Origin: a candidate division Zixibacteria bacterium SM23_81
GTDB lineage: Bacteria; SM23-81
Direction of reading: 5' to 3'
NCBI GenBank assembly: GCA_001304015.1
Contig: LJUY01000009.1
Location: 20,481-84,480 of the forward strand
Length of the DNA: 64,000 nucleotides
Under the pieces are notes generated by a model. The model had not been told where the DNA came from. It saw only the letters and a program-made list of their open reading frames with translations, and did not search any database. The translations under genes and the position numbers were made by a program. This document shows, piece after piece, positions 49,119 through 57,612 of the stretch; the first letter of the stretch is position 1, and each line of letters starts with the position of its first letter.

Positions 49119-52046
49119 TCAACTCTGTGCTCTCAACCTCTCCACCCTCTCCCGCGCATCTTCTATTTCCTCAATGCCCTCATCGGCATCTTTCCAGATG
49201 TCTAAAAAGGTCTCGTATTGCTCGATGGCCTTTTCCGTCCACCCGGAGCGCTCGTAAGCTTGGCCGAGATAATAATGAGCTTTCACAGAAGCAATGGCAT
49301 CTAATGCTCTACTGCGGCTATACCTCAAGAGCGCTCTCTCGAATTTCTCAACCGACTCTGCCAATCTACCAGATTCCAAGTGCATTCTGGCCAACACATA
49401 GCGGAAGTAAAAACGTGTGATTATGTTCAAGTCGTCTAAGTTCTCGAAATAAGCCAGAGCCCCTTCGGGATTGTTCATTGATTGTTCAACATAGGCCATC
49501 GCACACCAATAATAAAACTGCCCAGTTATATCCGTGTCCTCGATGCGCTCCTTCAATATTTCAGCCACCTCCGCTGCCTTTTTGAAATCGCCGGCCTGCG
49601 CCAGAAACTGGACATAATATGTGCGCCATAGGTTCGTATAGTCAGGACTTGCTTCGATAGAGATTTCAATGGTCTTTTCCAATTCTGCCAAGGCATTTTT
49701 CATGTCTTTCTTCTCTCGATAGACCGTTGCTTTCAAAAAATGCTTATCCTCCTGCCAGTCTATTGACTGCTCCATCCTATCAGCCGCTATACCATAATCA
49801 AGAATCTTCAGCGCTTCATCAAACTTGCCCTGATACAGAGGTATGAGAGCCAGAAAGGCTCTTCCTTTGGATCGTATAGGCTTTTCATCGCTGGAAGCGA
49901 GCTTTTGATAATAGCTTTCAGCTACGGTATACTCTTGTTTAAAAAGGTACATATGACCGAGTTTCCCCCGCGACATATGAAAATCCGGCTTAATCTCCAG
50001 AGCTTTTTTATAGGATTCAATGGCCTGATCAATCTTTCCGTTGTAGCTGTAAAGATCAGCCCTGCTATCATATGGATTGGCCTCATCTGGCGCTAGAGAG
50101 ATATATTTGTTGATGGCCCAGATGGATCTTTCAAAATCGCCAAGACTGTTGTAGGCGTATGCGAGTAGATTATAGCTGAATTTATAGAGCGAGTCGATCT
50201 CGACAGACTTCTCCAAGTGATGAACAGCTTTTTTATAATCTGAGAGGAAGTTATTATAAATAATGCCTAGCCAGGAGTGGGCCATCTTTTCATCTGGATA
50301 CTGTTCTAATATACTCTCAAGTTCACTGATCGCCTGAGGAGAATCACCAGACAACAGTGCATCCAAGCTTTTGATGTATTTTCTCTCTTTCTGGCTGACT
50401 TTACCCGAATATTTCAGCGCTTTGGCCACCAATTTTTTAGCCTTAGCATCTGGCGAGATGATCGTCGCAATCCGGTAATAGGCCATGGCAAAAGTTGAAT
50501 CATACTCCAGGGCCTTGTGAAAACTCTTTTCAGCCTCTGTAAAATAAAACTTGTAAACGTAGTCGACACCTTCGAGATAATAACGATACGCCTCCGGCGA
50601 ATGAGTGGTCACATCGGCGACCGATCTGTCCAGCTCCTTTTGAGCCTGTGCCGGCAAAGAGAGATCTCCTTTGATCTCGGCGCTCAGCTTATCCACCACG
50701 GCGAAAAGATCCTCACCGGCCTCCCCCGTCACTCGCTGTGTGGCCAGCACCCTGCCCGTGGCCGCGTCGGATATATCTGCCGTCAAGATGATGTTCGGCT
50801 CGGTCTGTAGGATATCGCCGGTCAAGATCCACCCAGCCCCCGCTTTCTGGGCCACTTCCGAGGCTACGGTCTGATCGATCACCTTGAGATCCTCTTTTCC
50901 CAAGGCTTTTAAGATATCATAAAGCCGTTGACGGCTGACCACTCTGAGGTATTGAGACTCGGAAAGGTCGGTGATCAGTAAACTGGTGATCATCTTGGCA
51001 TAGCGATCGCTGTCCTGTGGATCGGCCATGTTCTCGAAATACATGATGGCCATGGAATTTTCCTGAGCAACCGCCTCTTGCTGGGGGCCGATTTTGACCT
51101 CGAAAGACTTGATGATGAAGAAGAGAAGGACGGCCAGAACGATAATGGCCGCAAGCATGATCACAGAAAGGTGAACCTTCTTCGGCCTGGCTACTTTGAC
51201 CTCCGAGGGAACCCGAGCTGCGGTAGCAGGCTCCAGCATCCTCCTCTCATGCCGTAGATCAGCCAGCACTCCGTCGATGTGCTGATAGCGTTCCTCCCGA
51301 TCCTTGGTCAGCGCCTTCTCCACGATCCGCTGCAGCCCCTCGGACACACCGGCCTTATACCGCGCCAACGGCTCCGGCGTCTCGTTGACGATGGAATAGA
51401 TCACGGCCGCCTCGTGGTCTCCTTTGAAAGGAAGATGTCCGGTGATCATCTCATAGAGCACCACGCCGAAGGAGAAGATGTCCGAGCGCCCATCCACCTC
51501 CATGGCCTGGGCCTGCTCCGGAGACATGTAGGAGACCGTCCCCAAGGTCGAGCCGGTGGTGGTCAGCTTGGTGGCCCCCTTCAGCTTGGCCAGACCGAAA
51601 TCCATGATCTTGACCCGCCCCTCGGGCGTGACCATGATGTTGTCCGACTTGATGTCCCGATGGACGACATCCTTCCTGTGAGCCGCCGTCAAACCCTCGC
51701 AGATCTGAACGGCGATCTCAAGCGTCTTCTTGAGCGTCAGCTTCTCTCCCTCGATGAGGTCTTTGAGACTTTCGCCCGGACAGTACTCCATGACGATGAA
51801 CAATTGACCGTCATGTTCGTCGATCTCATGAATCGTGGTGACATTAGGATGGTTTAAAGATGATGCCGCCTTGGCCTCGTGGATAAACCGCTCCTTCTCC
51901 ACCTCATCGGCGGTCAGATGCTCCGGCAGAAACTTCAAAGCCACCACACGATCCAGCTTGAGATCCTGGGCCTTATACACCACCCCCATGCCGCCCTCGC
52001 CGAGCTTTTCGAGAATCTTGTAATGGGAGATAGTTTTTCCGATCAT
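49119..52046 (-). CDS. Ser/Thr protein kinase, TM, TolB-N-like, TPR (kinase 2)
   Basis: Same architecture as kinase 1 at about 65% identity. HRDIKSDN, DFG. TM IMLAAIIVLAVLLFFII. Confidence 0.8.
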   Translation of the reverse strand: MIGKTISHYKILEKLGEGGMGVVYKAQDLKLDRVVALKFLPEHLTADEVEKERFIHEAKAASSLNHPNVTTIHEIDEHDGQLFIVMEYCPGESLKDLIEGEKLTLKKTLEIAVQICEGLTAAHRKDVVHRDIKSDNIMVTPEGRVKIMDFGLAKLKGATKLTTTGSTLGTVSYMSPEQAQAMEVDGRSDIFSFGVVLYEMITGHLPFKGDHEAAVIYSIVNETPEPLARYKAGVSEGLQRIVEKALTKDREERYQHIDGVLADLRHERRMLEPATAARVPSEVKVARPKKVHLSVIMLAAIIVLAVLLFFIIKSFEVKIGPQQEAVAQENSMAIMYFENMADPQDSDRYAKMITSLLITDLSESQYLRVVSRQRLYDILKALGKEDLKVIDQTVASEVAQKAGAGWILTGDILQTEPNIILTADISDAATGRVLATQRVTGEAGEDLFAVVDKLSAEIKGDLSLPAQAQKELDRSVADVTTHSPEAYRYYLEGVDYVYKFYFTEAEKSFHKALEYDSTFAMAYYRIATIISPDAKAKKLVAKALKYSGKVSQKERKYIKSLDALLSGDSPQAISELESILEQYPDEKMAHSWLGIIYNNFLSDYKKAVHHLEKSVEIDSLYKFSYNLLAYAYNSLGDFERSIWAINKYISLAPDEANPYDSRADLYSYNGKIDQAIESYKKALEIKPDFHMSRGKLGHMYLFKQEYTVAESYYQKLASSDEKPIRSKGRAFLALIPLYQGKFDEALKILDYGIAADRMEQSIDWQEDKHFLKATVYREKKDMKNALAELEKTIEISIEASPDYTNLWRTYYVQFLAQAGDFKKAAEVAEILKERIEDTDITGQFYYWCAMAYVEQSMNNPEGALAYFENLDDLNIITRFYFRYVLARMHLESGRLAESVEKFERALLRYSRSRALDAIASVKAHYYLGQAYERSGWTEKAIEQYETFLDIWKDADEGIEEIEDARERVERLRAQS

Positions 52047-52092
52047 GGTTGCTTTATTGTGAGGGTAAGCGTTTTTTTCTGACTAAGGAACC

Positions 52093-52245
52093 AAGAATTC
52101 AAGGATTCCTCTTCCTCCCTTCTCCACACCCCAGGATTCGAGGATTCAAGTGAAAACCGAAAATCAAAACCCATGTACGAAATCGGTGTGCGCTGGCACT
52201 CGAATCCTAGAACCCTAGAATTCTCGAATCCTATGTATCTTTACG
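52093..52245. mobile_element. MITE-like TIR element, copy C
   Basis: AGAATTCAAGGATTC ... GAATTCTCGAATCCT. Conserved core CCAGGATTCGAGGATTCAAGTGAAAACCGAAAATCAAAA. Confidence 0.5.
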
Positions 52246-52278
52246 AGTATACCTTTCTGCTTTTCTCTATATCAAACT

Positions 52279-55200
52279 TCAACTCTGTGCTCTCAACCTC
52301 TCCACCCTCTCCCTCGCATCCTCTATTTCCTCGATGCCCTCATCGGCATCCTTCCAGATCTCCAAAAACTCCTCGTACTTGGCGATGGCATCCTCACGCT
52401 GTTCCATCTGTTCGTAAGCTTTTCCTAACAAATAATATGCCTTCACCGCCCAGAGAGGATATCCAAACCGGCGCTCATCATATCGACCCAGAGCCCTCTC
52501 TAAAAGCTGGGCGGCCGGCGCAGGTTGCCCTGATTTCTCATAGGCTAAAGCCAGAAGATAGCGGGCTTCGAACAGCGGTGAGGCGTTTTGCAGAAGTCCT
52601 CTTTGCAGGTGCGTGATAGCAGTGGGAAAATCCCCCTTGATGAGCTCAATGGCGCCGGAAAGACGCCAGTAGCCGCTGCGTTGGTCGGGATTATTCATAT
52701 CGATGACCTCTTGCAAACCTCGCAGGGTATCTTCAGCGGCATCGATCTCCCCACGCTCCGCTAGCAAGACGGCAAAGACAGGATGTATACCAAATGGGTC
52801 ATGCGTCTCAATTTCCTCATAGAGCCCGGCGGCTATTTGAGCCTCGTCCCAGGCCAGATTCAGCTTCTCCTGCTCCCAGTAAATGAAATACCTCATCATG
52901 TGCTTTCCAATTCTGGCCCACGCAGCCACCTGCTCACGTTTATCTTGAGCGATGGCCTTGTCGAGCATAGAGAGCGTTTCCTCGATTCTCCCCCGATACA
53001 GAGAGATAAGAGCGAGAGATGTCCTCGCCGACGAACGGATGTTCTTATCCTCTTGGGTGAGAAATGGCTTGATGATGCCTTCGGCTGCCTCATAATCCTC
53101 CTTGAAGATATACATGCTGACCAATTTGCTGGCCGTGTTGGCAAAGCGTGGATTGATCTTCATGGCCCTGGCGTAGTTCTCGATAGCCCGATCAAGCTGG
53201 CCGTTAAAAGCGTAAATATCGCCACGGGTATCGTAAGAGTTAGGCTCATCCGGAGCCAGCTCAACGTGTTTCTCGGCAGCCTGGAGGGCTTTTTCAAAAT
53301 CACCCATAGCGTCATAGGTATAGGCAAGCATATTATAGTTGCTGACGTCGTTCGGGTTTTCCTCGATGGCCCTCATATAAACCTGAACTGCTTTTTTCAG
53401 ATGTCCAATCTGGCGGAGACAACCACCATAAGCCACATATGTCAACCCTCTGCTGGGCTCTATCTCCACAGCTCGTTGGAATAACTCCTCCGCTCTCAAT
53501 GTGTCACCTGCCGTCCCCAACTTGCATGCGAGATTGGTAAGTATCACCACTGATAAGGGATTCAGCTCGAAGGCTACCTCCAACTGCCTCATGCTTTGTT
53601 CACGTCTTCCCATGCGATTTAGCAAGTTTGAATACCAATAGTGGGCATAGGCGTAACCTGGGTTCAGATCAATAGCCTTGAGTAATTCCTCTTCTGCTTC
53701 CTCAAGGCGCCCTTCCATCTCGGCAACCAACGCCAAAGAGGCGTGTGCCTCAGCCAGCTTGTCGTCTAACTCCAGTGCTCTCTGCGCGGCCTCACGGACC
53801 TTGGGAATAATCTCTTCTTCAGGGTAACCGATGTTGCTGGGCAAAACCACGTAGGCGTCGGCCAGCCCGGCGTAGGCCTGTGCATAGTTGGGATCGAGCT
53901 CGATGGCTTTTTGGAAATACTCTATGGCTTTCATCAGGTGCCCTTCTGTGCGTTTATTCCATAGGTAGCGGCCCTGGGCATAAGCGTTGTAAGCCTCCAA
54001 GTTTTCTGTATGGCGCTTGTCAAAAGACGTTCGTTCATCTCCCAGGAGCTTGATCTTCATCACCTCGACGATGGCCTGAGAGATCTCGTCCTGGATGGTG
54101 AAGATGCTGGCCAGCTCGCGATCGTAGGTCTGCGTCCACAGGTGCGCGTCGTCGGGCACGTTGATCAGCTGTGCCCGCACCCGGATCCTGCTGTCTTCCT
54201 TCTGGACGCTGCCTTCCAGAATGGTGGCCACATCCAGCTCTCCCCCGATCTTCTTGACGTCCCGCTCTGGGCTCTTGTACCGCATGGCCGAGGTCATGGA
54301 GATGACCTTCAGATCCGGTAGCCCGCTGAGCTTACCGATAATGGCCTCGGTCATCCCATCGCAAAAGTACTCCTGATCCTTATGAGGGCTATAATCACGA
54401 AAGGGCAACACAGCGATGGAGTTCTGCCATTGGGTCCTGGCCACCTTGCTTACACCGGGCGCAACCACTTTTTTCAAATCATGATAGAGAAAATAGCTAG
54501 CTATTAGCACGGCGAGGACCACGACGAGAAAAACCGCCAAAATGGTGCGCGCCCAGGAAAAACCCTTGGGGCGCTTTCGCGGTGCAAGAACCCCTGTTCT
54601 GAGCTCTTCTTTGGCCCTGTTCAAATCAACCATAAGCTCGTCGACGTGCTGGTAGCGTCTGTCAGGACTCTTTGCCAGGGCCTTAGCGATGATCCTGTCC
54701 AGCTCCATGGGAACGCCCGCACGCAAACCCGTCACAGGCGCGGGCTCCTCGTTCAAGATGGAATACACGATTGCCTGATGATAGTCTCCCTTGAAAGGAC
54801 GTTGAGCGGTGATCATCTCATATAAAACCACGCCCAGGGACCAGATGTCCGTTCGGTGATCGACATCGTCGCCCCGGGTCTGCTCCGGAGACATGTAGGC
54901 GATGGTGCCAGGGGTGGTCTCTTTCTCGGTGATCTGCTTGCCACCACTCAGTTTGGCCAGGCCAAAGTCCATGACCTTCACCTGACCCCTGGGAGTCAAC
55001 ATAACGTTGGCAGGCTTGATGTCGCGATGAACGATTCCCCTTTCATGCGCTTCCTGAAGACCCTGGGCAATACGGATGGCGATATTCAAGACCTCGTCTA
55101 TCTTTAAGGGACCCGACTCGATCTTTTTCTGGAGATTTTCACCTTCCACGTAGGCCATGGCTATGAATGTCTGTCCCTCCACTTCATTGATTTCATAGAT

Positions 55201-55413
55201 GGTGCAGATATTGGCGTGGTCCAAGGCTGAGGCTGCCCGCGCCTCGCGGATGAAACGCTCCTTGGCCTCAACATCACGCATCAGCTCCGGAGGCAAAAAT
55301 TTCAGAGCCACGGTGCGCTTGAGTTTGGTGTCCTCGGCTTTGTAGACCACACCCATGCCGCCTTCGCCGATTTTTTCCAAAATCTTGTAATGGGAGATGG
55401 TTTTGCCAATCAT
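52279..55413 (-). CDS. Ser/Thr protein kinase, TM, TolB-N-like, TPR (kinase 3, 1044 aa)
   Basis: HRDIKPAN, DFG. TM ILAVFLVVVLAVLIASYFL. SIAVLPFRDYSPHKDQEYFCDGMTEAIIGKLS motif. Start overlaps the kinase 4 stop (ATGA). Confidence 0.8.
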   Translation of the reverse strand: MIGKTISHYKILEKIGEGGMGVVYKAEDTKLKRTVALKFLPPELMRDVEAKERFIREARAASALDHANICTIYEINEVEGQTFIAMAYVEGENLQKKIESGPLKIDEVLNIAIRIAQGLQEAHERGIVHRDIKPANVMLTPRGQVKVMDFGLAKLSGGKQITEKETTPGTIAYMSPEQTRGDDVDHRTDIWSLGVVLYEMITAQRPFKGDYHQAIVYSILNEEPAPVTGLRAGVPMELDRIIAKALAKSPDRRYQHVDELMVDLNRAKEELRTGVLAPRKRPKGFSWARTILAVFLVVVLAVLIASYFLYHDLKKVVAPGVSKVARTQWQNSIAVLPFRDYSPHKDQEYFCDGMTEAIIGKLSGLPDLKVISMTSAMRYKSPERDVKKIGGELDVATILEGSVQKEDSRIRVRAQLINVPDDAHLWTQTYDRELASIFTIQDEISQAIVEVMKIKLLGDERTSFDKRHTENLEAYNAYAQGRYLWNKRTEGHLMKAIEYFQKAIELDPNYAQAYAGLADAYVVLPSNIGYPEEEIIPKVREAAQRALELDDKLAEAHASLALVAEMEGRLEEAEEELLKAIDLNPGYAYAHYWYSNLLNRMGRREQSMRQLEVAFELNPLSVVILTNLACKLGTAGDTLRAEELFQRAVEIEPSRGLTYVAYGGCLRQIGHLKKAVQVYMRAIEENPNDVSNYNMLAYTYDAMGDFEKALQAAEKHVELAPDEPNSYDTRGDIYAFNGQLDRAIENYARAMKINPRFANTASKLVSMYIFKEDYEAAEGIIKPFLTQEDKNIRSSARTSLALISLYRGRIEETLSMLDKAIAQDKREQVAAWARIGKHMMRYFIYWEQEKLNLAWDEAQIAAGLYEEIETHDPFGIHPVFAVLLAERGEIDAAEDTLRGLQEVIDMNNPDQRSGYWRLSGAIELIKGDFPTAITHLQRGLLQNASPLFEARYLLALAYEKSGQPAPAAQLLERALGRYDERRFGYPLWAVKAYYLLGKAYEQMEQREDAIAKYEEFLEIWKDADEGIEEIEDARERVERLRAQS

Positions 55414-57611
55414 TCTTCCAACCCTATTTTCTTCAGCATGGCCGTGAACCTCGAGTCTGAACGTACGCTGTCAAATCCTGGATCTACTTTAATCTCAAGG
55501 AGGGTACTATCGCGTTCTTCATATGCCTTATCCAACCACTTGAAGCCCTTATCCTTCTCACCAAGGGCAAAATATAAATTCGCCAGTGAAATTGGCGGAA
55601 CATAGCCCTTCTCAGCTTGTTTCAGCAAATCGTCCAGTCTCTGGTAGGCAACTCCTTCGCATGCTTCAAAAAGCGGATCCGAGCGCCCTGAAATATCCCT
55701 TTCCTTTTTGAACTCCCTGAAAGCTTCCTCATACCTCGACTTCTGCAAATGTACCTTTCCCAGCCAAGCGTGAACCGCACTAAAGCTTGAGTCCATCTCC
55801 AGGGTCTGGTTCAATTTTTCCAACGCTCGATCATAAAGACGTGCGTAATAAAACACCAGGGCAGTATTTCTGCTTATGACCAGAGAAAGAGGATCCAACT
55901 TTTGAGCTCGTCTAATCTCTTCGATAGCTTCGTCAAAGCGATCCATGTACATTAAAAAGAGCGCATACCAATGGTGAGCGGTGGGATAGTTCGGGTTCAG
56001 CTCAATGGCTCTCTGGAACTCTCTCTCGCTGCTCTCCCAGTCCCAGCAACGGAACTTAATTTGAGCCAGGGAGGTGTGGGCTTCGGCAAGTGTCCCGTCA
56101 ATCTCGAGTGCTCTCTGAATGGCCTTATTTGCTTTCGGATATAATCCTTTTGGCGAAATGGAACTGTAGTCCGGAAGAACGATATATGAATCAGCCAAGC
56201 CTGCATAAGCAAGGGCATAGTTCGGATCTTTTTCGATCGCTTGCTGAAAATACACGATAGCCTTCTTTACGCCTTCTTCCGTCCGCTTGTTCCAGAAGAA
56301 ACGGCCCCGGATATATGAATCATACGCTTCTAAATCTTCAGTATGATGCTTGACAATTTTCTCCTTCTCTCCCCCCAAGAGCTTGACCTTCAGCTTATCC
56401 ACAATGGCCAGAGATATTTCATCCTGAATGGCAAAGACATCTTCCGGACAGCACAGTCCGCTGATATCGCGATCGTATGCGTCGGACCAGATATGGAAAC
56501 CATCGACGATATTGATGAGCTGTACCATGATCCGTAACTTATTGCCCAGTTTTCTCACACTTCCTTCAAGTAGAGCCTTCACATTCAATTTGCGGCCTAT
56601 TTCTCTAATGTCAACCTCTTTGTTCCTAAATGAGGAAGCCGAGGTCCAACCCGCGACGCGCAAGCCCTCGACATGCGTCAGGGCATTGATGACGTCCCCC
56701 GCCATGCTCTCGCAGAAAAAATCCTGCTCTCGGTCTACACTCAAATTCGTAAAGGGGAGCACAACGATGGAGGGCAGTTCTTTCCCGGTTTGAGTTTTAA
56801 GCTCCTTCTTGGCCCATTTGATATCAAACAAAAGATCCCCGATCTTCTGGTAGCGTGCAGCTGGATCCTTGGACAAGGCTTTGTTGATGATCCGTTGCAC
56901 TTCCTGGGGTATATCCCTCCGAAGGCCGATCACTGGCTCCGGCTCCTCATTCAAAATGGAATAAACGACCGCTTGCTCGTATTGCCCTACGAAAGGCCTT
57001 TGGCTGGTAAGCATCTCGTAAAGGACAACGCCCAAAGACCAGATATCCGTCCGATGATCGACCTCCCCACCCTGTGCCTGCTCCGGAGACATGTACACCA
57101 CGGTACCCAGGATTGTGTTAATTTGAGAAGTCTGCGAAGCTCCACCCAGCTTGACCAAGCCGAAGTCCATGATTTTCACTTGACCTTTGGGAGTTAGCAT
57201 GATGTTGGCGGGCTTGATGTCGCGATGAACGATTTCCCTCTCATGCGCCTCCTGCAGACCCTGGGCAACATCAATGGCGATATTCAAGACCTCATCTATC
57301 TTCAGCGGGCCCGATTCAATCTTCTTTTGGAGGTTTTCACCTTCGATGTAGGCCATGGATATAAAGGTTTGTCCCTCCGCCTCGTTGATTTCGTAAATGG
57401 TACAGATGTTGGGATGATCCAGGACGGATGCCGCTTGGGCCTCCTGGATAAATCGCTCTTTGACCTCCGAATCGCGGGTAAGATCCGGAGGTAAAAACTT
57501 CAGGGCAACGGTGCGCTTGAGCTTTGTGTCCTTGGCTTTATAGACCACACCCATGCCACCTTCGCCGAGCTTTTCCAATATCTTGTAATGAGAAATGGTT
57601 TTGCCGATCAT
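55410..57611 (-). CDS. Ser/Thr protein kinase, TolB-N-like, TPR without TM (kinase 4, 733 aa)
   Basis: HRDIKPAN, DFG. SIVVLPFTNLSVDREQDFFCESMAGDVINAL directly after the kinase domain with no hydrophobic helix. Confidence 0.8.
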   Translation of the reverse strand: MIGKTISHYKILEKLGEGGMGVVYKAKDTKLKRTVALKFLPPDLTRDSEVKERFIQEAQAASVLDHPNICTIYEINEAEGQTFISMAYIEGENLQKKIESGPLKIDEVLNIAIDVAQGLQEAHEREIVHRDIKPANIMLTPKGQVKIMDFGLVKLGGASQTSQINTILGTVVYMSPEQAQGGEVDHRTDIWSLGVVLYEMLTSQRPFVGQYEQAVVYSILNEEPEPVIGLRRDIPQEVQRIINKALSKDPAARYQKIGDLLFDIKWAKKELKTQTGKELPSIVVLPFTNLSVDREQDFFCESMAGDVINALTHVEGLRVAGWTSASSFRNKEVDIREIGRKLNVKALLEGSVRKLGNKLRIMVQLINIVDGFHIWSDAYDRDISGLCCPEDVFAIQDEISLAIVDKLKVKLLGGEKEKIVKHHTEDLEAYDSYIRGRFFWNKRTEEGVKKAIVYFQQAIEKDPNYALAYAGLADSYIVLPDYSSISPKGLYPKANKAIQRALEIDGTLAEAHTSLAQIKFRCWDWESSEREFQRAIELNPNYPTAHHWYALFLMYMDRFDEAIEEIRRAQKLDPLSLVISRNTALVFYYARLYDRALEKLNQTLEMDSSFSAVHAWLGKVHLQKSRYEEAFREFKKERDISGRSDPLFEACEGVAYQRLDDLLKQAEKGYVPPISLANLYFALGEKDKGFKWLDKAYEERDSTLLEIKVDPGFDSVRSDSRFTAMLKKIGLEE

Positions 57612-57612
57612 C

